Positions 29,153 to 39,405 of a DNA stretch of 49,830 nucleotides are shown one piece after another. This DNA is from an uncultured Rhodospirillales bacterium (GTDB lineage Bacteria > Pseudomonadota > Alphaproteobacteria > UBA7985). The translations under genes were made by a program, and so were the position numbers. The stretch lies in NCBI GenBank assembly GCA_963978305.1, contig CAXBRM010000001.1:1-49830 (forward strand). The letters run 5' to 3'. Within the stretch, counting starts at the first letter, position 1, and the number at the start of each line of letters is the position of its first letter. The notes under the pieces were generated by a model. It had not been told where the DNA came from and ran no database searches. It was given only the letters and a program-made list of their open reading frames with translations.

Positions 29153-29872
29153 GTGAAATTTTCCACACCTCTTCAGCCCGCGCGCTTTGTGCAGCGCTAC
29201 AAACGGTTTTTCAGCGACCATGTCCTGGAGGCAAACGGGCAAACTGAAACGGCAAGCTGCCCCAATACTGGTCGGATGACGGGCCTTCTGAACCCTGGTG
29301 CCCGTAGCTGGATCGCACCCGTCAACAGCAAAAGCCGAAAACTTAAGTGGGATTGGCACCTGATCGAGGCGCCCGATGCCAGTGGCGCCAACCGTCTGGT
29401 TGGGATGAATACGGGGTGGCCCAACAAACTGGTGCGCGAGGGCATCGAGAGGGGAGTGATTGAGGAGCTTCAGGGCTACGAGACCATCAAAGCTGAGCAA
29501 AAGTATGGCACCCAAAATAGCCGGATCGACTTATTGTTGTCGACGCCAGCTCGGCCTGATTGCTACGTCGAGGTTAAAAATTGTCATATGCGACGCTTGG
29601 GTGATTTGGCCGAGTTTCCCGACGCCGTTAGTGCTCGCGCCGCCAAGCATATGGAGGAACTGGCTCTGATGGTTCAGAACGGTAAGCGTGCGGTGGTTGT
29701 TTTTTGCGTCCAGCGCATGGACTGCCAGCGTTTTGACATCGCCCGCGACGTTGATCCTACCTACGAGCGCGCTTTCCAAGCCGCTCGACAAGTCGGCGTG
29801 GAAGTCTTGGCTTACGCCTGCAATCTCTCCCCCCAGGAAATCATCGTGAGCCATCCCATTGAAGTTCTTTAA
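29153..29872 (+). CDS. sfsA: Sugar fermentation stimulation protein SfsA (DNA/RNA nuclease-like fold)
   Basis: 239 aa with a GTG start. The N-terminus ...ARFVQRYKRFFSDHVL...CPNTGRM and the block DCYVEVKNC are typical of SfsA. Confidence 0.9.
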   Translation: MKFSTPLQPARFVQRYKRFFSDHVLEANGQTETASCPNTGRMTGLLNPGARSWIAPVNSKSRKLKWDWHLIEAPDASGANRLVGMNTGWPNKLVREGIERGVIEELQGYETIKAEQKYGTQNSRIDLLLSTPARPDCYVEVKNCHMRRLGDLAEFPDAVSARAAKHMEELALMVQNGKRAVVVFCVQRMDCQRFDIARDVDPTYERAFQAARQVGVEVLAYACNLSPQEIIVSHPIEVL

Positions 29873-29903
29873 TCTGACGCCGCGATAGGGTATCGACGGC
29901 ACC

Positions 29904-30755
29904 ATGAACAGAAAACTATACAAAACAAAGTTCGATAGCCGGGCAATTGTTCTCCATACGCCTGATGATTTTGATGGTATGCGGCAGGCTGGGCAGTTGT
30001 CAGCAGCATGCTTGGACATGATCACCGACTATGTCGATATTGGCGTGAGCACTGAGCGTCTGGACGATTTAATTGCGCAATATTTTGGCGATCACGGCGC
30101 CGTTAGCGCGACCTTGGGGTACCGCGGATATCCAAAACACAGTTGCATCAGCTTGAATGAAGTGGTCTGCCACGGCATCCCAAGCCCAACAACGATTTTG
30201 AAAGAACGCGATGTTTTAAACATTGATGTTACGTGTGTGTTGGACGGATGGTTTGGCGATACCAGCCGCATGTATATCGCGGGTCAACGCAGCGGTGGCA
30301 AAACCAGCGGAACCCGCAAAAAGCTGATCGACGTTACCTATGATTGCTTGATGACGGCCATCGATCTTATCAAACCGGGCGCGCACTTGGGGGATCTCGG
30401 TGCGGCAATTGTCAAGAAGGCCCGTGCCAACCGCTTTAGCGTTGTCGAAGATTTTGTTGGCCACGGTGTTGGGCGCGAATTTCATATGGCCCCCAATGTG
30501 ATGCACTACGGGCGTCAAGGCGATGGGGTCGAGCTGAAAGAAGGCATGATTTTTACTGTGGAGCCGATGATAAACGTGGGCGTCAAAGAAAGCGAGATCG
30601 ATTCGACTGATGGTTGGACCGCGCGAACCATTGACCGAAAAACCAGTGCGCAATTTGAGCACACGGTCGGTGTCACAGCACAAGGCGTTGAGATCTTTAC
30701 ACTTTCTCCGAAGGGTTATACCAAACCCCCTTATGAGGACCAACAGCCAACCTAA
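29904..30755 (+). CDS. map: Type I methionine aminopeptidase
   Basis: Contains YRGYPKHSCISLNEVVCHGIP, NIDVTCVLDGWFGDTSRMY, FVGHGVGREFH, FTVEPM and QFEHTV, which cover the metal-ligand motifs. Confidence 0.95.
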   Translation: MNRKLYKTKFDSRAIVLHTPDDFDGMRQAGQLSAACLDMITDYVDIGVSTERLDDLIAQYFGDHGAVSATLGYRGYPKHSCISLNEVVCHGIPSPTTILKERDVLNIDVTCVLDGWFGDTSRMYIAGQRSGGKTSGTRKKLIDVTYDCLMTAIDLIKPGAHLGDLGAAIVKKARANRFSVVEDFVGHGVGREFHMAPNVMHYGRQGDGVELKEGMIFTVEPMINVGVKESEIDSTDGWTARTIDRKTSAQFEHTVGVTAQGVEIFTLSPKGYTKPPYEDQQPT

Positions 30756-31440
30756 CGATAGCCGACATGGCCACCGGCAGAGACTGCGCGATCGCTTACT
30801 GCAAGCAAACGGTGCCGTGGCTGACTATGAATTGCTCGAAATGCTGTTGTTTGCGGCAAGTCCCAGGGGAGATACCAAGCCACTGGCCAAGACGCTGTTG
30901 AAGAAATTTGGGAGTTTTGCCGCTGTACTGAACGCTGAGCAAAGCGACCTTCTCGCGCTAGAAGGTGTCAGTCGTGCGACAGTAGCAAGCCTTAAAGTGG
31001 TGCTTGAAAGTGCGAAGCGTCTGACACGCGAAGAAGCGCTGAGTGCGCCACTGCTCAACAGCACCGAAAAGCTCGTCGATTTTTGTCGCGTGCATCTTGC
31101 TCATAAAAAAGTCGAAGAGTTTCACTTGCTGTTCTTGGATACCAAGAACCGATTGATTCATCATGAAGTGCAGCAGCGGGGCACCGTCGACCAAACCGCA
31201 GTCTATGTCCGAGAAGTTTTGGCGAGCGCCTTACGGTTTGCCGCCAGTGGCCTGATCCTGGTACACAATCATCCCAGCGGTGATCCGAAGCCAAGCCGCG
31301 CGGATATCAGTTTAACTCGGGAGATTGTCACGGCTTGTGCGCCATTGAAAATCTCCGTGCATGATCATTTGATTGTTGGTCGCAGCGGACACATCAGTCT
31401 GCGCAGCCAGGGATTGATGGATGGTGGTGTCGAACTGTGA
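30733..31440 (+). CDS. radC: RadC-family JAB/MPN domain protein
   Basis: The N-terminus is MRTNSQPNDSRHGHRQRLRDRLL. The JAMM motif is LVHNHPSGDPKPSRADI. I chose internal ATG 30733, which overlaps the map 3' end by 23 nt. The track ORF start 30610 lies deep inside map. Confidence 0.85.
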   Translation: MRTNSQPNDSRHGHRQRLRDRLLQANGAVADYELLEMLLFAASPRGDTKPLAKTLLKKFGSFAAVLNAEQSDLLALEGVSRATVASLKVVLESAKRLTREEALSAPLLNSTEKLVDFCRVHLAHKKVEEFHLLFLDTKNRLIHHEVQQRGTVDQTAVYVREVLASALRFAASGLILVHNHPSGDPKPSRADISLTREIVTACAPLKISVHDHLIVGRSGHISLRSQGLMDGGVEL

Positions 31441-31582
31441 TTTGAGCCGGGCGATGGCCGCTTCTTTTTTTGACTTTGTCGCATTGGAGTACAAGACGCG
31501 TCGCTATGGATCATTGCACGTCGTGTATCTTGTGCTTACAGCTAGAGGCGAATAACATAAGTCGGTCTGCGGAGACACACCA

Positions 31583-32842
31583 ATGGGCATGCAATACAAT
31601 ATCTGGAGCTTGTTGAGCCAGGGGCTAAAAGGCCATACTGGCTGGGGTCCAGCCTGGCGAGACCCAGAGCCAAAAGCCGAGTACGACGCGATCATTGTCG
31701 GTGGCGGCGGGCATGGTTTGTCGACCGCTTATTATCTCGCCAAAGAACACGGTATGACCAATATTGCTGTCCTGGAAAAAGGCTATTTAGGCGGCGGTAA
31801 TGTTGGCCGTAATACGACCATCGTGCGATCCAATTATCTTCTGACTGGCAATGAACTTTTCTATGAGCACAGCCTCAAATTATGGGAAAATCTGGCGCAG
31901 GATTTGAATTACAATGTGATGTTCTCGCCCCGTGCGATCTACAACATCGCCCATAGTGAGGGTGCCCGTGATGCCTACTTGCGGCGCGGCAACGCTTGTA
32001 TTGCTCACGGCGCTGATAGTGAATGGGTTGATCGCGAGCAAATGAAAAAGCTGTTCCCAATGATTGATTATCAGCAGGAGCGGTTTCCGATTTATGGCGC
32101 GTTGAAGCAGGCAAGAGCGGGCTCGGCCCGCCACGATGCGGTTGCTTGGGGTTATGCCCGTGGCGCGGATCGCCGCGGTGTCGATTTGCTGCAAAATTGC
32201 GAGGTCACCGGCATAGATATTGTTGATGGCAAAGCCGTCGGTGTCCAAACCACGCGTGGGCCAATCCGTGCGAAAAAAATTGGCGTGGCTGTCGCTGGCA
32301 ACACAACGCGGTTAATGGAGATGGCTGGGATCCGGGTGCCGATTGAAAGCACCGTATTGCAAGCCTTCGTCAGCGAGGGGTTGAAACCGTTTCTCGACAG
32401 CGTTCTCACTTTTGGCGGCTATGGACACTTTTACATCAGCCAGTCTGACAAAGGCGGTATGGTCTTTGGTGGCGCGATTGACTACTACAACACTTATGCT
32501 CAGCGAGGGAATTTGCCGATCGTTCAGCATATTATGGAAGAAGTCATCACCTTGATACCGGGATTGAGCCGGGTTCGCACCCTACGGCACTGGGGCGGGA
32601 TCATGGATATGAGCCCGGACGGCAGCCCGATCATCGATCGAACACCCGTTGATGGTCTCTATTTGAACGCTGGCTGGTGTTATGGCGGGTTCAAGGCCAC
32701 CCCGGCAAGTGGCTGGGCATTTGCCCACTTGATGGCAACGGACCAGATGCATCTTATCAACGAACAGATGACACTCAAACGCTTTGAGACCGGTCATATG
32801 CTTGATGAGACTGGCCACGGTGCTCAGCACAATCTTCACTAA
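31583..32842 (+). CDS. soxB: Heterotetrameric sarcosine oxidase, beta subunit
   Basis: Contains WGPAWRDPEPKAEYDAIIVGGGGHGLSTAYYLAKEHG, the FAD dinucleotide fold. It is followed by the delta, alpha and gamma subunit genes. Confidence 0.95.
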   Translation: MGMQYNIWSLLSQGLKGHTGWGPAWRDPEPKAEYDAIIVGGGGHGLSTAYYLAKEHGMTNIAVLEKGYLGGGNVGRNTTIVRSNYLLTGNELFYEHSLKLWENLAQDLNYNVMFSPRAIYNIAHSEGARDAYLRRGNACIAHGADSEWVDREQMKKLFPMIDYQQERFPIYGALKQARAGSARHDAVAWGYARGADRRGVDLLQNCEVTGIDIVDGKAVGVQTTRGPIRAKKIGVAVAGNTTRLMEMAGIRVPIESTVLQAFVSEGLKPFLDSVLTFGGYGHFYISQSDKGGMVFGGAIDYYNTYAQRGNLPIVQHIMEEVITLIPGLSRVRTLRHWGGIMDMSPDGSPIIDRTPVDGLYLNAGWCYGGFKATPASGWAFAHLMATDQMHLINEQMTLKRFETGHMLDETGHGAQHNLH

Positions 32843-32862
32843 GGGCAGAAAGGAACGCCACC

Positions 32863-33165
32863 ATGTTGATCAATTGCCCATATTGCGGCCCCCGGCCCGA
32901 CAGCGAATTTAAGGTTAAAGGCAGCGCGGATATCTCAAGGCCTGCGCTTAACCCAGAGGCAACGTTCGATAACGCTATGTTGGAATATATCTACATGCGC
33001 AACAACCCGCGCGGTCGTCACTATGAGTTTTGGCACCATGAGGCTGGTTGCCGTCGCTGGTTGGTTGTTGAGCGCGATACCGAAAAGAGCCATGAAATCT
33101 ACAGCGTCAGGGATGCCAGCGTCGCACGCCCAGATGGCGAATTTGCAGGTGAGAACACGGCATGA
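32863..33165 (+). CDS. soxD: Sarcosine oxidase, delta subunit
   Basis: 100 aa. MLINCPYCGPRPDSEF...HHEAGCRRW is the Cys3His zinc motif typical of SoxD. It overlaps the soxA start by 4 nt. Confidence 0.9.
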   Translation: MLINCPYCGPRPDSEFKVKGSADISRPALNPEATFDNAMLEYIYMRNNPRGRHYEFWHHEAGCRRWLVVERDTEKSHEIYSVRDASVARPDGEFAGENTA

Positions 33166-36100
33166 CTGTCAATATCGACAACCCCTTTCGCACCGTCAAA
33201 GGCGGACTGATTGACCGCGAAAATCCGTTTGACTTCAGTTTCGACGGCGTGCTGATGCAAGGCTATCGCGGCGACACGCTGGCGAGTGCGCTGCTGGCCA
33301 ATGGCATCCATTTGACGGCTCGTTCATTCAAATATCACCGTCCCCGTGGAATCATGACCGCTGGCAGTGAAGAGCCTAACGCACTGGTGACCATACGCAG
33401 TGGTGGACGGCGCGAGCCAAACACGCGGGCAACCATGCAAGAGTTGTACGACGGACTTGAGGCTGTCAGCCAAAATCGCTGGCCGTCTCTGGGGTTTGAT
33501 GTCCTCGGCATCAACGACTGGGTTAGTCGTTTCCTGCCTGCCGGCTTTTATTACAAGACGTTCATGGGGCCACATAAAAGCTGGTGGTACAACCTTTACG
33601 AGCCGTTTATTCGGCGTGCTGCTGGATTGGGCAAAGCCGGTTATCAGCGTGACCCCGATCACTACGGCAAAATGCATGGCCATTGCGATGTGCTGGTGGT
33701 GGGGGCTGGTCCTACTGGTCTGACCGCCGCTCGGGCTTTGGCCGAGGCAGGAAAAAAAGTGATCTTGGCCGATGAAAATCCCCAGTTGGGCGGGCAGTGC
33801 CTTTGGAACGGTGACCAGGTCGACGATCAACCGGCGAGCGAATGGGCTGCTCGGGTCACCGCAGCACTCAAAGCCATGCCAAACGTCCGTGTCCTGTCCC
33901 GCACCACGGTTTTCGGCGCTTATGATAGCTTGACCTTTGGCGCGGTTGAGCGCGTGTGTGATCACATGGCCGAACCTGTTGAGGATCTGCCGCAGCAGCG
34001 GTTTTGGTTTATAACGGCGCGATCTGTCGTCTATGCAACCGGTTCTATTGAGCGGCCCTTGGTGATGGATGGCAATGACCGGCCTGGTGTGATGATGGCG
34101 GCCGCAGCGCACAAGTACCTCAATCAATTTGCGGTCGTGCCGGGGAAGAGAGTGGCGATTGCCACAAATAACGATAGTGCTTATGCAGCGGCAGCAGACT
34201 TGGCTACCAACAGCGTCGATGTTGCGGCTGTTATCGATGTCCGTAAGGCGGCAGGCACCGAGCTTGCCTCGCAATTTGATACCAAGTTTGGCGCTTGTGT
34301 TCATGAGGTCAGGGGTGGCACCAAAATCAAAAGCGCTGCCATCGCCTCACTTAGCGGCGACGCGCTGGGCAAAACCTTAGAGACTTTGGCGATTGATGCC
34401 TTGTTGATGAGTGGTGGTTGGACGCCGAATGTCCACTTGATGTGCCACAAAGGCGGCAAACCCGTCTGGAATGAGGCGCTGGCGGCCATGGTGCCCGGAG
34501 AATTACCAGCAAACGAATATGCCGCCGGGTCGGTCACCGGCGCTGGCACCACGGCAACGTGCATCGACCAGGGCTTAGACGTCGTTGGCAAAATATTAGG
34601 AGAGTCGCTGAGCATTAGTGAGCGGGCGTACAGCCGCGTCGAATGGAATGTCGAAGCGTTTTGGAAAACACCGGGAAGCAAGCGTGGATTTGTTGAATTT
34701 CAAAACGATGCGACTGCCAAGGACATCGATTTAGCGGTGCAAGAGGGGTACAAAAGTGTCGAGCACATGAAGCGCTACACGACCCTGGGTATGGCTACCG
34801 ACCAAGGCAAAATGGCAAACATCAATGGGCTCGCCCTGTTGTCGAAAGCGCGTCAACAAGCCATCCCTGAAGTTGGTACAACCACTTACCGTCCGCCGTT
34901 CACGCCGTTCGGGATCGGTGCTGTGGCTGGTCATCGTATCGGCAAGCGTTTTGTCCCGACGCGTTATACGAGCACCCATCGCTGGGCGGAAAATAAAGCT
35001 GGTGCTGTGATGACGGACGCTGGTCTGTGGAAACGCGCCCAGTGGTTCCATCAGGAGGGCGACAAAAGCTGGATCGAAAGCTGTAATCGCGAAGTGCTCA
35101 ACACCCGCAACAAAGTGGGGCTGAATGACGTGTCAACGCTTGGCAAGATCGACATTCAGGGGCCAGATGCTGGTGAATTTCTTAATCGGCTGTACACCAA
35201 CGGCTTTGCGAAATTGCCGGTTGGCAAAGCGCGCTATGGCATGATGTTACGCGAAGATGGCAGCGTCATGGATGACGGCACCACCAGTCGGCTCAGTGAA
35301 AACCACTACTATATGACGACAACCACTGCCGCTGCTGGGGCAGTGATCAGCCATATGGAATACTATCATCAGGCGATCTGGCCGAGCTTGAAAGTTCAAT
35401 TCACCAGCGTGACCGATCAATGGAGCGCTTTTGCTGTCGCTGGTCCCAGGTCGCGAGATGTTCTGCGTAAAGTCGTTGAAGATTTAGACTTAAGCCATGA
35501 AGCATTTCCGTTCATGGCGGTAGCCGATTGTACGGTTCTTGGTGGAAAAACCGCTCGTTTGTTCCGAATTTCATTTAGTGGCGAGCTTGCCTATGAAATT
35601 GCCGTTGACGCCCGCTACGGCCAGCAACTTTGGGATGCGCTGATGGCGGCGGGTGAAGAGTTTGGCATCGCGCCATATGGCTTAGAGGCACTCAACGTGA
35701 TGCGGATTGAAAAGGGCCATGTCACTCATGCCGAACTCGATGGCCGCGTCAGTATCGCTGATACCGGTCTGGGCAAAATGGCATCGACGAAAAAGGATTT
35801 CATCGGTCGGGTCGCGACGACCCGTCCCGCTTATGGCGAAAAAGGGCGGGAACAATTGGTTGGGTTGAGGCCCGTTGGCGCACCGACTTATGGCCTCACC
35901 AGCGAGGGACAGCCAGATGGACCCATCATGCGTGCGGGCACGATTGTGTACGGCAAGGATGGCGCGCTGGATTGGCAAAACATGCAAGGTTGGGTCAGTT
36001 CGGTATGTTACTCGCCGATGTTGCAGGGCATGATTGGTCTGGCATTTGTCACTGACGGACACAGCCGCCTTGGCGAGACGGTGCGCTTGCATAGTCATCT

Positions 36101-36191
36101 GCATGAGCAGCGCGGCGAGTCACACGCAGTCGAAGTAGAGTTGGTCAGTGGCCACTTCTTCGATCCTGAAAACGAGCGTTTGCTACAGTAG
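33162..36191 (+). CDS. soxA: Sarcosine oxidase, alpha subunit
   Basis: 1009 aa with an N-terminal 2Fe-2S-like/NAD(FAD) fold (DVLVVGAGPTGLTAARALAEAG) and a C-terminal GcvT-like folate-binding aminomethyltransferase domain. Confidence 0.95.
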   Translation: MTVNIDNPFRTVKGGLIDRENPFDFSFDGVLMQGYRGDTLASALLANGIHLTARSFKYHRPRGIMTAGSEEPNALVTIRSGGRREPNTRATMQELYDGLEAVSQNRWPSLGFDVLGINDWVSRFLPAGFYYKTFMGPHKSWWYNLYEPFIRRAAGLGKAGYQRDPDHYGKMHGHCDVLVVGAGPTGLTAARALAEAGKKVILADENPQLGGQCLWNGDQVDDQPASEWAARVTAALKAMPNVRVLSRTTVFGAYDSLTFGAVERVCDHMAEPVEDLPQQRFWFITARSVVYATGSIERPLVMDGNDRPGVMMAAAAHKYLNQFAVVPGKRVAIATNNDSAYAAAADLATNSVDVAAVIDVRKAAGTELASQFDTKFGACVHEVRGGTKIKSAAIASLSGDALGKTLETLAIDALLMSGGWTPNVHLMCHKGGKPVWNEALAAMVPGELPANEYAAGSVTGAGTTATCIDQGLDVVGKILGESLSISERAYSRVEWNVEAFWKTPGSKRGFVEFQNDATAKDIDLAVQEGYKSVEHMKRYTTLGMATDQGKMANINGLALLSKARQQAIPEVGTTTYRPPFTPFGIGAVAGHRIGKRFVPTRYTSTHRWAENKAGAVMTDAGLWKRAQWFHQEGDKSWIESCNREVLNTRNKVGLNDVSTLGKIDIQGPDAGEFLNRLYTNGFAKLPVGKARYGMMLREDGSVMDDGTTSRLSENHYYMTTTTAAAGAVISHMEYYHQAIWPSLKVQFTSVTDQWSAFAVAGPRSRDVLRKVVEDLDLSHEAFPFMAVADCTVLGGKTARLFRISFSGELAYEIAVDARYGQQLWDALMAAGEEFGIAPYGLEALNVMRIEKGHVTHAELDGRVSIADTGLGKMASTKKDFIGRVATTRPAYGEKGREQLVGLRPVGAPTYGLTSEGQPDGPIMRAGTIVYGKDGALDWQNMQGWVSSVCYSPMLQGMIGLAFVTDGHSRLGETVRLHSHLHEQRGESHAVEVELVSGHFFDPENERLLQ

Positions 36192-36202
36192 GAGAAACCA
36201 CA

Positions 36203-36817
36203 ATGGTCGAGATAGAGTCTGCTGTTCCTTTCAAACAAATCGAGCGCTACGGCGCCCCCTATGGCAAGCCTGGGGTTATGTTGCGTGAGGTCCAGAATCA
36301 GTCGATTGTTCAGATTGCCGCGTTTCCTGGTGCCGAAAAAGATCTGTTCAAGGCGTTGGGCTCAGAACTCGGCATCGTCGTCGACGGCACGGCTGGACGC
36401 GTTGGGGTCAATGATGATGGCTCAATTCGAGCGGTTTGGATCAGTTTGAACAGCTATTTGGTTGTTGCCTCTTCGATGCCCGATCGGGTGCTGCATTCAC
36501 GGCTGGCAAAAGCATGCGGCTCATGCGCATTGGTGACCGATCAAAGCGCGGGTCGTGTCTGCTTTGAGCTAACTGGGGCGTCTGTCATTGACTTGCTGAT
36601 GATGGAAAGCGCGACAAATTTTGAGCGTGACGCGTTTGGTCCGGGGGAAAGCCGAGCGGCGTCCTGGGCCGGGATTGCGTGCATTGTTTTGTTTGCCGAC
36701 GGCTCTGACCCCGATAGGCCTGTGTATCAGCTGTTTCCACACCGGAGCTTTGCTCAATCTTTGTGGGAAGAGTTGTGCGACGCCGGCCGGGAGTATGCGG
36801 TTGAGGTGATCGGGTAA
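36203..36817 (+). CDS. soxG: Sarcosine oxidase, gamma subunit
   Basis: 204 aa. The call rests mostly on position directly after soxA, on size and on weak GcvT-like character. Confidence 0.8.
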   Translation: MVEIESAVPFKQIERYGAPYGKPGVMLREVQNQSIVQIAAFPGAEKDLFKALGSELGIVVDGTAGRVGVNDDGSIRAVWISLNSYLVVASSMPDRVLHSRLAKACGSCALVTDQSAGRVCFELTGASVIDLLMMESATNFERDAFGPGESRAASWAGIACIVLFADGSDPDRPVYQLFPHRSFAQSLWEELCDAGREYAVEVIG

Positions 36818-36922
36818 TGTGCGAATGCACATTGTGTTCTACCCTCGTAGCAGGCATTGATGGTCATCCGATTCTGACAACTCTGTCTGCACACAGCGGT
36901 TCACCGAAGGTACGATTAAACC

Positions 36923-38242
36923 ATGATTCCCCGCTATACCCGCCCCGAAATGGCCGCTATCTGGTCGCCGGAAAATAAATTTCGTCTTTGGTATCTCATT
37001 GAGGCCCATGCTGTTGAAGTGATGGGCGAGCACGGCTTGGTCCCCGCAGATGTCGCCGACGCAGTCTGGCGCGTGCGGCAGAGGTTCGAAGACCGCGATA
37101 TCGATGTCGCACGGATTGATGCCGTCGAGGCCGAAACCAAGCACGATGTCATCGCTTTTCTGACCTACCTAGCCGAGCTGGTCGGGCCACAGGCGCGGTT
37201 TGTCCATCAGGGCATGACCAGCAGCGACGTGCTGGACACCGCCTTTGCCTTACAGTTGGTTGAGGCCGCGGATCTTCTCCTCACTGGCATGGATCGGTTG
37301 CTGGTAGCTTTAAAAACCAGAGCGCTAGAGCACAAAACGACCCTGACCGTGGGTCGCAGCCACGGCATCCATGCTGAGCCCACCACCTTTGGTCTCAAAT
37401 TGCTCCGCCATTATGCCGCCTTAAAACGCGGACGTACGCGGTTGATCGCGGCCCGCGAGGAAGTTGCCACCTGTCAAATCAGTGGTCCCGTTGGCACGTT
37501 TAGCAGTCTGCCGATGGCCATTGAGGAACAGGTCGCCGCGCGTTTGGGTTTGACCGCCGAGCCGATCAGTACCCAGGTGATCCCCCGTGATCGCCATGCG
37601 GCCTTTTTCGCGGCGCTCGCGATCATCGCCAGTAGCATTGAAGACTTGGCAACCGAGGTTCGCCATCTACAGCGCACCGAAGTCCGTGAGGCCGAGGAAT
37701 ATTTCAGCCAAGGACAGAAGGGCAGCAGCGCGATGCCGCACAAACGCAACCCGGTACTGACCGAGAACCTGACCGGGCTGGCGCGCTTGGTGCGCAGTTC
37801 TGTGTTACCAGCGCTCGAAAATGTGACGCTCTGGCACGAACGGGATATTTCGCACAGCAGTGTTGAGCGTGGCATCGGTCCTGATGCCACGGTGACGCTC
37901 GATTTTGCCCTGCACCGTGCGGCCGGCATGATCGAAAAACTGGTCGTCTACCCTGAACGCATGCAGGCGAATCTGGATAGCCTGGGGGGGCTCGTCCATA
38001 GCCAGGCCGTGTTGCTAAAGCTCACCCAGGCTGGCGTCAGTCGTGAAGATAGCTATCGCCTGGTGCAACGCAACGCGATGGCAACCTGGCACGCCTATCA
38101 AAGCGATGGCCAGAGTTTTGCAGATCGCTTGAAACAAGATGCTGAGGTCATGGCGTCGCTGAGTGTGGCAGACGTTGACGCTTGTTTTGATCTCAGCCGT
38201 CATTTGAGCAGCGTCGACGCCATTTTTGAGCGGACACTGTAG
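36923..38242 (+). CDS. purB: Adenylosuccinate lyase
   Basis: Contains MIPRYTRPEMAAIWSPENKF, HQGMTSSDV, and the fumarate-lyase signature GSSAMPHKRNP. Confidence 0.95.
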   Translation: MIPRYTRPEMAAIWSPENKFRLWYLIEAHAVEVMGEHGLVPADVADAVWRVRQRFEDRDIDVARIDAVEAETKHDVIAFLTYLAELVGPQARFVHQGMTSSDVLDTAFALQLVEAADLLLTGMDRLLVALKTRALEHKTTLTVGRSHGIHAEPTTFGLKLLRHYAALKRGRTRLIAAREEVATCQISGPVGTFSSLPMAIEEQVAARLGLTAEPISTQVIPRDRHAAFFAALAIIASSIEDLATEVRHLQRTEVREAEEYFSQGQKGSSAMPHKRNPVLTENLTGLARLVRSSVLPALENVTLWHERDISHSSVERGIGPDATVTLDFALHRAAGMIEKLVVYPERMQANLDSLGGLVHSQAVLLKLTQAGVSREDSYRLVQRNAMATWHAYQSDGQSFADRLKQDAEVMASLSVADVDACFDLSRHLSSVDAIFERTL

Positions 38243-38250
38243 GAGTACGC

Positions 38251-39045
38251 TTAGGTCGTGCCAACCGAGACGGCCAAGTGCTGAGCGTTGAGGCGCTCTT
38301 TGAGTGCTTTGACTTTGTTCGCGCTGACGGGAAGGCTGGAGCCGTCGGTTAAAATGACCCTGTAGGCACGTCCCTCGCGTGAAAGTTTATCGATCGCGCC
38401 GAGCGCGACCCAGTGAGAGCGATGAATTTGGTAGCCGTCAACCGGGTGCATCTCGTCAACGGCATCGCGCAAGCGAAGCAAACAAAGCTCCGTTCCGGCC
38501 TCTGAGCGTACCGCAACGTAGTGATCTTGCGCTGACAAAGACAAGATATGCGAGGAGTGGTCGATTTGTTTCAACCGACGATAGAGCGCAGGCTGCGGAT
38601 CTGGCTGAGCGTTTGCCGCCACGGGACGTGGCTGGAGTTTTGATAGCAAAAAATATAGGGCGACGAACACACCGCTTGACGATGGCCCAATGTAGAAAAA
38701 GATCCAAAAAATTGTTTCCAAGTCTTCAATTGGCTGACCCAACGCGAGACAAATAAGCATGGTGACAAAGCCTGCCAAAGCACCGAAACCGACTGATAGT
38801 GCAATGATTGCCATCAAGTTGGACGTTTTTTGAACTTCAATGAACGCAAAAAAGAATGTGGCAACCACACCCAAGATCAGGATTTTGAGTGACCAGTAGA
38901 CCAATCGCACAGGCTCATCCATGAACAGAAATGTTCCAAAAGGTCCACTAAAAAAAGCCAATAGCGCCAGGATAGCCATGGCAAACCAAACGAGCGGATT
39001 GCTCAAGTATCGGCCTGAAATTCTGAACAGCTTCGCAACCAGCAT
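38251..39045 (-). CDS. Membrane-anchored LytTR-domain DNA-binding protein (4 predicted TM helices plus a C-terminal LytTR domain)
   Basis: The N-terminal ~135 aa contain four hydrophobic stretches: PLVWFAMAILALLAFF, LKILILGVVATFFFAFI, LMAIIALSVGFGALAGFVTMLICLAL and IFWIFFYIGPSSSGVFVALYFLL. The C-terminus ILSLSAQDHYVAVRSEAGTELCLLRLRDAVDEM...GYQIHRSHWVALGAIDKL...YRVILTDGSSLPVSANKVKALKE is a LytTR fold pattern. No receiver domain is present. Confidence 0.8.
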   Translation of the reverse strand: MLVAKLFRISGRYLSNPLVWFAMAILALLAFFSGPFGTFLFMDEPVRLVYWSLKILILGVVATFFFAFIEVQKTSNLMAIIALSVGFGALAGFVTMLICLALGQPIEDLETIFWIFFYIGPSSSGVFVALYFLLSKLQPRPVAANAQPDPQPALYRRLKQIDHSSHILSLSAQDHYVAVRSEAGTELCLLRLRDAVDEMHPVDGYQIHRSHWVALGAIDKLSREGRAYRVILTDGSSLPVSANKVKALKERLNAQHLAVSVGTT

Positions 39046-39187
39046 TTAAGTACCATTTCACGTATCGCGAGCCAGCTCGCTAACGCCCTCCGCGAATTAT
39101 TGTGTAACGTTTACGCATTTCACCTCGCCATTGCTGAGAAAAATAATTTATCATTTGTTTATCGTAAATTATAAACAACGGGTAGAT

Positions 39188-39304
39188 ATGAGGAATTCTG
39201 CAACAATTTCAACCTTGGTCATACATGTAATTTGTGCACTTTGGGTAATGCTGGCAACCTGGGGTTGGCGTTCGTGGCCTTTGAGGCGCCTGCATTTGAG
39301 GTGA
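39188..39304 (+). pseudogene. Decayed 5' fragment of a third DUF2141 paralogue (signal-peptide coding region only)
   Basis: ATGAGGAATTCTGCAACAATTTCAACCTTGGTC matches the first 33 nt of the 39751 gene (ATGAAAAATCTAGCAACAATTTCAACTTTGGTG) at about 26/33 positions. The frame stops after 38 codons. The same 3' repeat element that follows the intact gene lies about 100 nt downstream. Confidence 0.45.
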
Positions 39305-39405
39305 AAGATAGCGGGAATTTCAAGCTTTGTTGGAAACGTATGAAAATAAATAACTTTTGGGATCTAAGCTCGTTGATGCCGCTTTTCTGCGAAATATCCT
39401 GATAA

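Noticed and set aside
29030-29515. A 161-aa minus-strand ORF upstream of the truncated ABC ATPase, which might have supplied its missing N-terminus.
   Set aside because: It is in a different frame, has no Walker A or other NBD motif, and mostly overlaps the well-supported sfsA gene on the opposite strand.
31441-31475. A T7 run just after radC that suggests an intrinsic terminator.
   Set aside because: I could not fold a convincing GC-rich stem immediately upstream; the best is 3-4 bp. It is therefore not called as a feature.
39067-39080. A perfect palindrome GCGAGC-ca-GCTCGC, 22 nt upstream of the LytTR gene start.
   Set aside because: It could be an autoregulatory site or a leader hairpin. 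It is a single 6-bp inverted repeat with no second copy. LytTR proteins typically bind direct repeats, not inverted ones. I kept it as a note only.
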